Below, in pieces: positions 44,409 through 51,356 of a stretch of DNA of 51,356 nt. This DNA is from a virus. The stretch lies in the IMG/VR virus record IMGVR_UViG_3300001202_000003, positions 1 to 51,356 of that record. One strand, 5' to 3'. The notes under the pieces were generated by a model that was not told the DNA's origin, did not search any database, and was given only the letters and a program-made list of their open reading frames with translations. The position numbers and the translations under genes are program-made. The stretch's first letter is position 1. Every line of letters starts with the position of its first letter.

Positions 44409-44801
44409 TTATAATTTAACCCCTTTAATATAACCTTTAGGTTGCCACTCGTCTTTATCGTAATCAGTACCATCGTCATAAGTTTTAGCTTCATGTATAA
44501 TAGCACCGCCGTTACGGATAGAACTATCAGTCATAGCTGGCAAGTTTTCAGCTAGTAGTATCTTGTCAACAACAGGCCAATGTTTTTGCATAGCTTCACC
44601 TGACACGCCGTAAATTACCATAGTTGTTTTGTACAAACTTCTAGCGTGTAGTTTAGTACTTTCAAAGCCAATAATAGAACCTGCGTTTAATACGTAGTAC
44701 ATTAAAGCATGTGCGGCACGATCTTCCGGCATTAAGTACTGCTCAATATAATCTTGGTATATTATTACATCAAATACAACTTTTGGTTTTTTATTAGCCA
44801 T
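44409..44801 (-). CDS. Hypothetical protein, 130 aa
   Basis: ORF in the operon. Confidence 0.55.
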   Translation of the reverse strand: MANKKPKVVFDVIIYQDYIEQYLMPEDRAAHALMYYVLNAGSIIGFESTKLHARSLYKTTMVIYGVSGEAMQKHWPVVDKILLAENLPAMTDSSIRNGGAIIHEAKTYDDGTDYDKDEWQPKGYIKGVKL

Positions 44802-44813
44802 TAGTTTAATTCT

Positions 44814-45062
44814 CTACGAGTTATTGTTGCTAGGTACTATCACGTTGTTAGGTTGTGATGGTTCTGACATTTCACTATGATCATCTGGATTAAATTTAAA
44901 CTGTAGCATTAGTTCATTAGCTAAAACATCTTTACTTAGATTTTCACCAAAGTGTAGACCTATGACTTTACTAACAGTTTCATCATATTCCGTTGTAATA
45001 TGTAGATCACCGTGCTTTGCTATGCCTTCTTGTAAAGCATTTATTAATTCGCTTGCTAACAT
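44814..45062 (-). CDS. Hypothetical protein, 82 aa
   Basis: ORF starting 1 nt after the stop of the upstream nuclease gene (45064). Confidence 0.5.
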   Translation of the reverse strand: MLASELINALQEGIAKHGDLHITTEYDETVSKVIGLHFGENLSKDVLANELMLQFKFNPDDHSEMSEPSQPNNVIVPSNNNS

Positions 45063-45063
45063 T

Positions 45064-46059
45064 CTATATCTCCACTGTAATATTAATCCATTCGCCGAAT
45101 GGTTTTTCTATTTTAGGCTCGCGGTCATCTAATAACGCATGCTGTAAGCTTGGGCGATCTTCAATATGGCAATGCTTGTAATAAGTACAGCGCTTTGCAA
45201 AAGCAGCACAACCAGTACTGCTGTGTTGCCGTGGCCACACGTCATTATCACCGTAAAATTCAATGTGCATTATCTGCATAGTTAGTCGATCTAACCATTC
45301 TTTAACTTCTGATTTACCTTTTTTAAATTTATAAGGTCTTAGTATTGGTTCTATTGTATCAATCCAAATGTCGTAGTATTCTACCATAAATTCTGGTACA
45401 GAATTTAATATATCATTCGTGACTATACCATTAACACTACCTGATTTTTGCATAAAGGCTACTATTAGGCCATAAGGTACTAACTGGAAACCGTGCTTGT
45501 ATACATGTTGTCTTGAAAATGTTTCTAATGCCCCGCCTTTATCTCTGTGTGTTTTGAAATCCGTGGCTGAAAATCTATTGTTAAACTGAGCATACTTTAC
45601 TAAGTCAATAGCTCCACGGTAAGAATAATCAAATTTCAAATCTTTATTTACAAATTTTAAACAAAATTTTAATTCAATAGCGTGTCTGTCATCACCATTT
45701 ACATTAATAACCGCAACTTCTTCGGGCTTAATGTTTATTTGCTTTGACATTTCAATAGCTGTGTTATAGCAAGCCTCAAAGCCTCTGTAGAATATGTTTT
45801 GTTCGCTAGTTTCTAGATTTTCTGCGTCAAAACTGTATGCTTTAAAGAATGCTAAGGAGGCTTCTTCATGTGTACGACCTATTGCACGGTTTTGCAAGTA
45901 CTCATGTATTGCGCTCCCGCCTGCCGCAGCAAGGCTATTATCCCATTGACTTTCAGGATGAATAAATCGCTTACGTATTTGATATTTACGCGGGCAATAT
46001 ATTATCTGATTAATGGAACTAAATGACAGCTCTATGTTTGGTTTAGTTGTGGAAGTCAT
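45064..46059 (-). CDS. PD-(D/E)XK exonuclease, Cas4/RecB family, with a 4-Cys cluster
   Basis: N-terminal Cys in IIYCPRKY plus C-terminal GCAAFAKRCTYYKHC. Nuclease motifs GAIDLV and ATDFKTH, and QLVPYG (QxxxY). Confidence 0.75.
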   Translation of the reverse strand: MTSTTKPNIELSFSSINQIIYCPRKYQIRKRFIHPESQWDNSLAAAGGSAIHEYLQNRAIGRTHEEASLAFFKAYSFDAENLETSEQNIFYRGFEACYNTAIEMSKQINIKPEEVAVINVNGDDRHAIELKFCLKFVNKDLKFDYSYRGAIDLVKYAQFNNRFSATDFKTHRDKGGALETFSRQHVYKHGFQLVPYGLIVAFMQKSGSVNGIVTNDILNSVPEFMVEYYDIWIDTIEPILRPYKFKKGKSEVKEWLDRLTMQIMHIEFYGDNDVWPRQHSSTGCAAFAKRCTYYKHCHIEDRPSLQHALLDDREPKIEKPFGEWINITVEI

Positions 46060-46061
46060 AT

Positions 46062-46580
46062 TTAAAATAAATTCCCTAGGCCTTCGGAAACTTTATCAAT
46101 AGCCTCCGCTTTGTCTTCACGTTTAGATATTCTAGCCTGCGATTTTGATTTACGCACCTGCGCTTTTTTATGGTGATGTGCGCCAAGGTTCATCATTGTT
46201 CTAGTAATAACACTTAAGTCATCCGGCATAAGTTTTTGGTCATGATGATCTAACAAGAAGCTGTGCAATTCTGCTAATGTTTCTCTGCCCATTGTCGGGT
46301 GAGCTACTGCTAAATTAAGCTTTTCCATTTGATATTTAAATCTAGTTTCTGCATCAGCATCTAAAGGTGGTGCAGCAGGGAATTGTATATCGCCGTGAAT
46401 GTCGTTAGATTTAGGTAATTCGTCTGGTGTCTTAGAAATAAGTTTAGCATCACTTAGTTTTTGCTTAGTGAATAAGTTAGATATTGGTCTAGTTGTAGTA
46501 GTTTCTTCTACCGGATTATCTTTTGTAAAACTATCGCTAGTTTCTTTTTTCTTTTTAGCTAAGTCTGAAAACATACCCAT
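46062..46580 (-). CDS. Hypothetical protein, 172 aa
   Basis: ORF in the operon. Confidence 0.55.
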   Translation of the reverse strand: MGMFSDLAKKKKETSDSFTKDNPVEETTTTRPISNLFTKQKLSDAKLISKTPDELPKSNDIHGDIQFPAAPPLDADAETRFKYQMEKLNLAVAHPTMGRETLAELHSFLLDHHDQKLMPDDLSVITRTMMNLGAHHHKKAQVRKSKSQARISKREDKAEAIDKVSEGLGNLF

Positions 46581-46582
46581 GA

Positions 46583-47026
46583 TTAAGCCTCTTCAATAAA
46601 AATGTCTTGCATCAATGTCATTGATTTATTAACACGTTCTTTTAGTGAAAACTGCCAATGAAATAATACATGTTTATTAGATGCCTCTAGCAATGTAGCT
46701 GATTGAAAGAAAGCCTTAAATTGTACAAGGGTTTTACCTTCTTTAGCAAAGTCAGCTTTTAAACGAGATAACGAAGTTCTAAAAACACCCCTGTGTTTTT
46801 GAATTATCTCTTCAAGTTCTGCTTCTGTTGTAATAGGGTAAGGATTTTCAATACAATAGCGTATAGAAGTAAAACTTTTATCCTCATGCCTGCAAATAGC
46901 ATTACCGATGAATATAAAGTAATTGATAATGTCTTTAGGTTGTAAAAGACGTGGTGTAAAAGCTTCACCGCTTTCTAAACGATCTTTTAGTAACCGTTTT
47001 AATTGATGTTCGTCTAAGTATGCCAT
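46583..47026 (-). CDS. Hypothetical protein
   Basis: ATG at 47026 (MAYLDEHQ...) with AAGGAAAA 3 nt upstream is preferred over the upstream track start at 47077. Confidence 0.55.
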   Translation of the reverse strand: MAYLDEHQLKRLLKDRLESGEAFTPRLLQPKDIINYFIFIGNAICRHEDKSFTSIRYCIENPYPITTEAELEEIIQKHRGVFRTSLSRLKADFAKEGKTLVQFKAFFQSATLLEASNKHVLFHWQFSLKERVNKSMTLMQDIFIEEA

Positions 47027-47091
47027 TGGTTTTCCTTGGGAGGATATGTTTAGTTGTTTGCGCGAAGGGCTACGCATTTATTGATTGCTTT

Positions 47092-47865
47092 TTAAGTACG
47101 ATATAACGCTCGAGTCGGGTATTTTAAATGATTTTTATTCTCTTGAATAAACGCAGGCACACTAAAACAAGGGCATGCTTTAGCTGCATATTGATTATGT
47201 CCTGATAGTTTATTAATATTAATGTTAAATTTCATTAAATTATTAATAAGCCAAAAAAACGTTTTGAATTGTTTTGCACTGTAATGCTCAGTAAAAGCAT
47301 CAGTTTCTGAACCACCAAAACCACCAGCGAGGGCTATACCTACAGTGCCTGTGTTTTTACCTTTTGTGTGTGCCCCAGTGTTATCTAAAGGCCTACATAC
47401 AGTAATTTGACCAAGTCTATTAATAAAGTAATGGTATCCTATATCTGACCAGCCGTTATCCCTTACGTGCCATTTTATTAGATCAGAATGCGCTTGATTA
47501 ATACCAATATCACCATTCCAACTACCTACTCTTGTTGCTGTTGTGTGGATAATTATTTCGTCAATGAAACGCGGTGTCTTAAAGAAATAACCAAGATCTT
47601 TGGTTTGTATCGTTAGTGTGCTGTTATAATTATCTAAAATAGCACGAGCGTAAACAGCAGGCTGCCATGCTTTTTCAACATGTATCTCAGGCACTTTTGC
47701 AGTAGCTTTAGCATTAATATATTTGTTCTTTTCAATCTTTTTGATAATACTTTCAGCAGCTTCGTCATCAATTAACGTGTCCACTTCGTCATTGTCAAAC
47801 AATTCGTCAAGGAATGACATTAACATTAAGAAAATATTACGAGAATTTTCAGATTGATTTGACAT
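47092..47865 (-). CDS. N-acetylmuramoyl-L-alanine amidase (Amidase_2/PGRP type), probable endolysin
   Basis: IIIHTTAT, GYHYFINRLGQ, GAHTKGKNTGTVGIALAGG and SGHNQYAAKACPCF. ATG at 47865 is preferred; the track start at 47904 is a TTG. Confidence 0.85.
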   Translation of the reverse strand: MSNQSENSRNIFLMLMSFLDELFDNDEVDTLIDDEAAESIIKKIEKNKYINAKATAKVPEIHVEKAWQPAVYARAILDNYNSTLTIQTKDLGYFFKTPRFIDEIIIHTTATRVGSWNGDIGINQAHSDLIKWHVRDNGWSDIGYHYFINRLGQITVCRPLDNTGAHTKGKNTGTVGIALAGGFGGSETDAFTEHYSAKQFKTFFWLINNLMKFNININKLSGHNQYAAKACPCFSVPAFIQENKNHLKYPTRALYRT

Positions 47866-47962
47866 TTTACTAATACCTTTTTCTGTGTTGTTACAATAAT
47901 ACAATATCTTAACTGATTTGTTAACTTACCCTAGCATAAGAGTTACTACTTGTCAATAGGGT

Positions 47963-48289
47963 TTATTTTTTTACTTTTCTTTTTTTATATGCTTTATATT
48001 CTTTTTCTAATGAATTATGAACTTTTAAGATCATTTCAATAGTAGATTTTTTTCTTGAGAATTTAATATAAATAATAAAAAGAATTACGCCTGATTTTTT
48101 AATAGTATTTATATCTGATATAATATCTTTATCTTTAGGTTTTTCAGTCAACAATACAATGCCTGAATTTGCAATGCTTCTACGACTAGTATTAATATTA
48201 TATTTATGCTTTAAAAATTCTATGAATATTTCTGTCTCACGATAAAAAGCAGTTAGTACTATTGAATTTAGATTAATAAACTGAGTCAT
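47963..48289 (-). CDS. Hypothetical protein, 108 aa, very AT-rich
   Basis: ORF whose ATG overlaps (ATGA) the stop of an alternative frame of the upstream gene. Confidence 0.5.
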   Translation of the reverse strand: MTQFINLNSIVLTAFYRETEIFIEFLKHKYNINTSRRSIANSGIVLLTEKPKDKDIISDINTIKKSGVILFIIYIKFSRKKSTIEMILKVHNSLEKEYKAYKKRKVKK

Positions 48290-48842
48290 AATTTGTAGCT
48301 TTCTTGCCTATAAATTGTTGCTAAATCTTGCATAATAGCACCTTGAACTTTATTATCATTAGCCATAGCAATGTGCCCTGATTTAATTTTTGTTTGGCAT
48401 ATTGAACCGATTGATTTACTGAGTTTTGGAAGTGTTTTATATGTTTTATTAAGTGCCTATTTTGATAAGCTAGCGTCATGTCTATGCCACAGAAGTAGTC
48501 TATAACATTGTTATAACCGATTTGAACAGGTGTTTTTGCTCTATAATTAATATATTTTAATCCATCACGAAAACCGTTACTGTGTCCTATTATTACGTTT
48601 AGGTAATTAACATTATTTAGAATATTAAAGCTTTCTGTGTTAAATGCTCTACCCATCCAAGACATATCATTTCCGTCAGATGAATAAATATTTACTATTG
48701 AATTTGGAAACTCTGTGGTAATACGTTTCTTTAATTTTTTGGCCCACCGTTGGAACATCCATGTACCTATGATAGGAATAGAAGAACCTAAGCCGCACAC
48801 TAGTGTTACATTTAATATTAATTCTTTTTTATTAACTGTCAT
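48286..48842 (-). CDS. Small lipase/esterase-like alpha/beta hydrolase, interrupted by a -1 frame break at an A5 run (48387-48391)
   Basis: Frame 0 (48321..48842) has the oxyanion-type LVCGLGSS and the nucleophile elbow IIGHSNG. The -1 frame downstream reads IKSGHIAMANDNKVQGAIMQDLATIYRQESYKL. That is a typical catalytic-His C-terminus (compare Bacillus LipA [21 protein letters not shown]). It ends in an ATGA overlap with the next gene. Confidence 0.6.
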
Positions 48843-48880
48843 TTTACATAATTCCTCATTTTATATTTAACGCGAAATAA

Positions 48881-49022
48881 TTATGGTCTGGAACCTTATT
48901 CGATAAGTTGACTCGTTCACTGCGGTGCTACGCTGACGCTGCGGTGAGGCTGACGCCTCACCTACGGCTCGCTTTTGGCACCTACGTGCGTCAACCAATC
49001 TCATATCCAGCCCAAATTTTTT
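48881..49022 (-). repeat. E4: GC-rich structured intergenic element, copy 4 of 5 (minus orientation, sense to the minus-strand operon)
   Basis: On the minus strand: AAAAAATTTGGGCTGGA ... GGTTGAC ... GGTGAGGC-gtca-GCCTCACC-GCAGCGTCAGCGTAGC ... GAGTCAAC ... AAGGTTCCAGACCATAA. Confidence 0.85.
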
Positions 49023-49065
49023 AGCTCTTATTAGTACATTTTTCAAAAATCATTACCTGATTGGT

Positions 49066-49216
49066 TAAATTTTTGGCCGGAAAAAGAATACGTGTTGACT
49101 AGTGAAAGCGATAAAACCGACACGCAGGGGAGGGCTTGCCCTCACCGTTAGCGTTAGCGTCAATCGCTGTAACGAATAAGTCAATACTATTCGCAAGGTT
49201 CCGGCTAATTAAATTT
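49066..49216 (+). repeat. E5: GC-rich structured intergenic element, copy 5 of 5 (plus orientation, antisense to local transcription; head-to-head with E4)
   Basis: TAAATTTTTGGCCGGAA ... GAATA ... GTTGAC ... AGCGAT ... GGGGAGGGC-tt-GCCCTCACC-GTTAGCGTTAGCGTC ... ATCGCT ... GTCAA ... TATTC ... AAGGTTCCGGCTAATTAAATTT. Confidence 0.85.
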
Positions 49217-49250
49217 AATGTTATTGTTTTAATTATTTCATTATTTCCAT

Positions 49251-49526
49251 TCACCAAGCTTGAGGGTGAGTTATTCCATACATTCTAGCCGTGTCTTTTT
49301 TTAAAAATGATTTAAAGTCTTTAATAGTTAATTCCACAAACATATCATCGTCGTAGCCTTTTGTTTTCCAACTAATATAATTGGCATAGACATTACAAAT
49401 AACAATATTAACAGGCATTTCATTTTTAATAAAGTCACGTAACTTTTTAGGCATTGCCATTAACTGCGTTTCCCAAGCATCATTCTCAGACACACTTTTT
49501 AATGTTGAGTTATTATTTTTTGACAT
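49251..49526 (-). CDS. Hypothetical protein, 91 aa
   Basis: ORF starting 2 nt after the helicase stop. Confidence 0.55.
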   Translation of the reverse strand: MSKNNNSTLKSVSENDAWETQLMAMPKKLRDFIKNEMPVNIVICNVYANYISWKTKGYDDDMFVELTIKDFKSFLKKDTARMYGITHPQAW

Positions 49527-49528
49527 AA

Positions 49529-51356
49529 CTACAAATCAATCCCTTTCATTTTATCCATGTCAAAACCACTAATATAACTATTAATCTTTTCATCCATAGT
49601 ACTACCTTTAATGCGCATATTATTAACACAACGTTTTAACGCATATTTAGTACATAACAACGTCACATTTTCAACACAACGCGTTACAGCCGTGTACAAC
49701 AATTCATTAAATAACATTTGTCCGTGACAATCATGTAAGCAGATGAACACATTTCTAAACCCACTACCTTGTGATTTGTGTATCGTTATCCAATAAGCTA
49801 ATGCTAAATTCTCAATCTGTGTACTAGTTTCGAATAAATGATGATGTGCTAAACCTCCTGCGTCATCTTCTTCTAAATAATCAAACTGTATCTCACAAAA
49901 GTGACTGGCTTTTCTAAGCCCAGTACCTTCATCAGTAACATCAGCGTCACCAATGACATTATTATCGCCTTTATATAACCCGCCGCCAAACATGGCATTA
50001 ACTTTATCCCGCTGCTTTTTAAGCTTCTGCTCTTTGCGACGTTCCTCTAACTCCTTACCTACATCAAATTCCAAGCCTTCAAATTCACCAGTTTTACCTT
50101 GCCCTGCACCTAGATTACTATTATTATAATGCTCGCCACTAATACCAGCATTAGCATTAATGCGGTCAATCCATCCAAGCATGCCATTATAAACACCTAT
50201 TTCATTATCATTTTTCAAATTAATAACACGATCACCAACGGCAAATTTTTGCTGATTACGCATTGTTTTGATTAACATTATGTCATTATCAGGATTAACT
50301 ATTTTTCTAGTCCTAACATTAAGCATTTCTTGACCTAACGTACCAACATTACTAGGCGTCAACAATATGTCTTGCTCAGGGTCATACCTACCTTCTGCAT
50401 ATGCTTTATTTATAAAATTCTCAACCTGTTGCGCTGCAATATTTTCATTCTTATCTATGCCTAATATTTTAAAATTGTCACTAACTTTAGGCATTTTACC
50501 ACTACGAATTAAGTTAGCATTACTAATAACATCACCTTCTTTTTGGCGGTATATTTGAGTTAATTCCACTGTAGGATATTTAGCTAATAATAAAGGATGT
50601 ATAGAACTGTCTAAAACAGGTTGTAATTGTGCGAGGTCACCTATTGTTATTATTCTGCAATCTTCTGGCAATGCATCTAGCAACATCTTCAACAACTTAA
50701 CACCTACCATCGATATTTCATCAATAATAACTAAATCAAAATCTAATTTAACCGCTTCTTGTTCTTTACGCGTCATACCGCTATCATACTCACTACAAGG
50801 GTAGCCCTCAGCGTTAATCCACACACCATTATGACAACGTGGCTCAAAGAATTTTTTATTCAAAGTCTTATAAGCCTGCTCTTTTTTATCGTAATGTTCT
50901 ATCTCACGACTTACAGGCCCAAAATTTATTATCTTATGAATAGTATTACAGTTAGCCTTAAACTCATTAGGCACAACTCTACGCAGTGTTTTAACTGCCA
51001 GTCCTGTAAACGCACCCATCGAGAAATTAAATGTGTGTGCTGTTAAATGTGAATGGTTACTAACGTGTTTGTTTTTCGAAATAGTACCGCTTTCAATTAA
51101 TTGCCTGACCATTTCCAAAACAGTAGTAGTTTTACCAGTACCCGCGTAGCCAATAATATTACAGCGTTTTTCTTGCAGTGCCATTGTAATAGCTGACTGT
51201 TGTTTCGCATTGAGTTTTATTTCTTCACGTGATTGCGGCTGCGTAGGTTCTTTATTGCCATTAATTTCATCACACAAAACTTCTAAAGCTTGCCTTTTTC
51301 CCGCAGGTAATTCATAGTTATCATTTAAGCCGTCTACTAAGTCATCTACTAAATTA
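49529..51356 (-). CDS. RecD/Dda-like SF1 DNA helicase; the 5' end wraps to 126..1
   Basis: Walker A IIGYAGTGKTTT, Walker B LVIIDEISMV, and C-terminal ITIHKSQGSGFRNVFI and LYTAVTRC motifs. The frame stays open to the window end. Confidence 0.9.
   Translation of the reverse strand, partial: NLVDDLVDGLNDNYELPAGKRQALEVLCDEINGNKEPTQPQSREEIKLNAKQQSAITMALQEKRCNIIGYAGTGKTTTVLEMVRQLIESGTISKNKHVSNHSHLTAHTFNFSMGAFTGLAVKTLRRVVPNEFKANCNTIHKIINFGPVSREIEHYDKKEQAYKTLNKKFFEPRCHNGVWINAEGYPCSEYDSGMTRKEQEAVKLDFDLVIIDEISMVGVKLLKMLLDALPEDCRIITIGDLAQLQPVLDSSIHPLLLAKYPTVELTQIYRQKEGDVISNANLIRSGKMPKVSDNFKILGIDKNENIAAQQVENFINKAYAEGRYDPEQDILLTPSNVGTLGQEMLNVRTRKIVNPDNDIMLIKTMRNQQKFAVGDRVINLKNDNEIGVYNGMLGWIDRINANAGISGEHYNNSNLGAGQGKTGEFEGLEFDVGKELEERRKEQKLKKQRDKVNAMFGGGLYKGDNNVIGDADVTDEGTGLRKASHFCEIQFDYLEEDDAGGLAHHHLFETSTQIENLALAYWITIHKSQGSGFRNVFICLHDCHGQMLFNELLYTAVTRCVENVTLLCTKYALKRCVNNMRIKGSTMDEKINSYISGFDMDKMKGIDL
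51308..51356. repeat. Terminal overlap, copy B (identical to 1-49)
   Basis: Same 49-mer as at 1-49. Confidence 0.95.

Noticed and set aside
9327-49216. TTGAC boxes inside the E elements as sigma70 -35 hexamers, making the elements promoters
   Set aside because: None of the five copies has a plausible -10 hexamer at 16-18 nt. The TTGAC is always matched by GTCAA on the other arm, so it is explained better as a conserved stem.
1-51356. Lysogeny module, diversity-generating retroelement, or toxin-antitoxin or defence islands
   Set aside because: No integrase, repressor pair, reverse transcriptase or recognisable TA or defence domains were seen in any long ORF. Several small hypothetical proteins remain unassigned, so absence is not proven.

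Overview
The window is a complete, AT-rich tailed dsDNA phage genome of about 51.3 kb. The contig closes on itself: bases 1-49 are identical to 51308-51356, and a helicase gene reads in frame across that junction.

Layout:
- Plus strand, about 4.8-34.3 kb: one tightly packed virion module. Order is small terminase candidate, large terminase, portal, scaffold-like protein, major capsid, a long tail/fibre block, then an internal/ejection-protein block. That last block includes a two-domain M15 + SleB-like peptidoglycan hydrolase, a 742-aa protein and a 1729-aa protein.
- Minus strand, 34.3-51.3 kb, wrapping to 1.1 kb: replication, recombination and lysis genes. These are a family A DNA polymerase, a RecD/Dda-like SF1 helicase, a DUF3987-like P-loop protein, a Cas4-like PD-(D/E)XK nuclease, a Sak4-like ATPase, a T4 gp1-like dNMP kinase, an SLT lipoprotein, an Amidase_2 enzyme and a small lipase-like alpha/beta hydrolase.
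- 1.1-4.8 kb: mostly non-coding and dense with repeats. It holds a few short divergent transcription units and looks like the regulatory or early region.

I recognised no integrase, phage RNA polymerase, tape-measure or sheath protein, tRNA or CRISPR array. The gene content therefore suggests a lytic, podovirus-like phage that depends on host RNA polymerase. Strong AAGGA ribosome-binding sites, TTGACA boxes and a lipobox suggest a Gram-negative host that uses Shine-Dalgarno sites; this is inference.

The most unusual signal is a five-member family of ~145-155 nt GC-rich imperfect-palindrome elements. They fill intergenic gaps at module boundaries (9.3, 23.0, 35.4, 48.9 and 49.1 kb). Their ends, a TTGAC/GTCAA pair and a (C)AGCGTNAGCGT-type motif in four copies are conserved, while the stems differ in sequence but keep pairing. 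This fits a structured RNA or a MITE-like element.

Other points worth a second look:
- an HlyC/CyaC-like (RTX lysine-acyltransferase family) protein inside the virion module
- a protein with 16 cysteines at strict 3-residue spacing
- paralogous HDGKTCGGV-motif proteins ahead of two structural cassettes
- tandem repeats in the leaders of two genes
- two frame breaks at homopolymers
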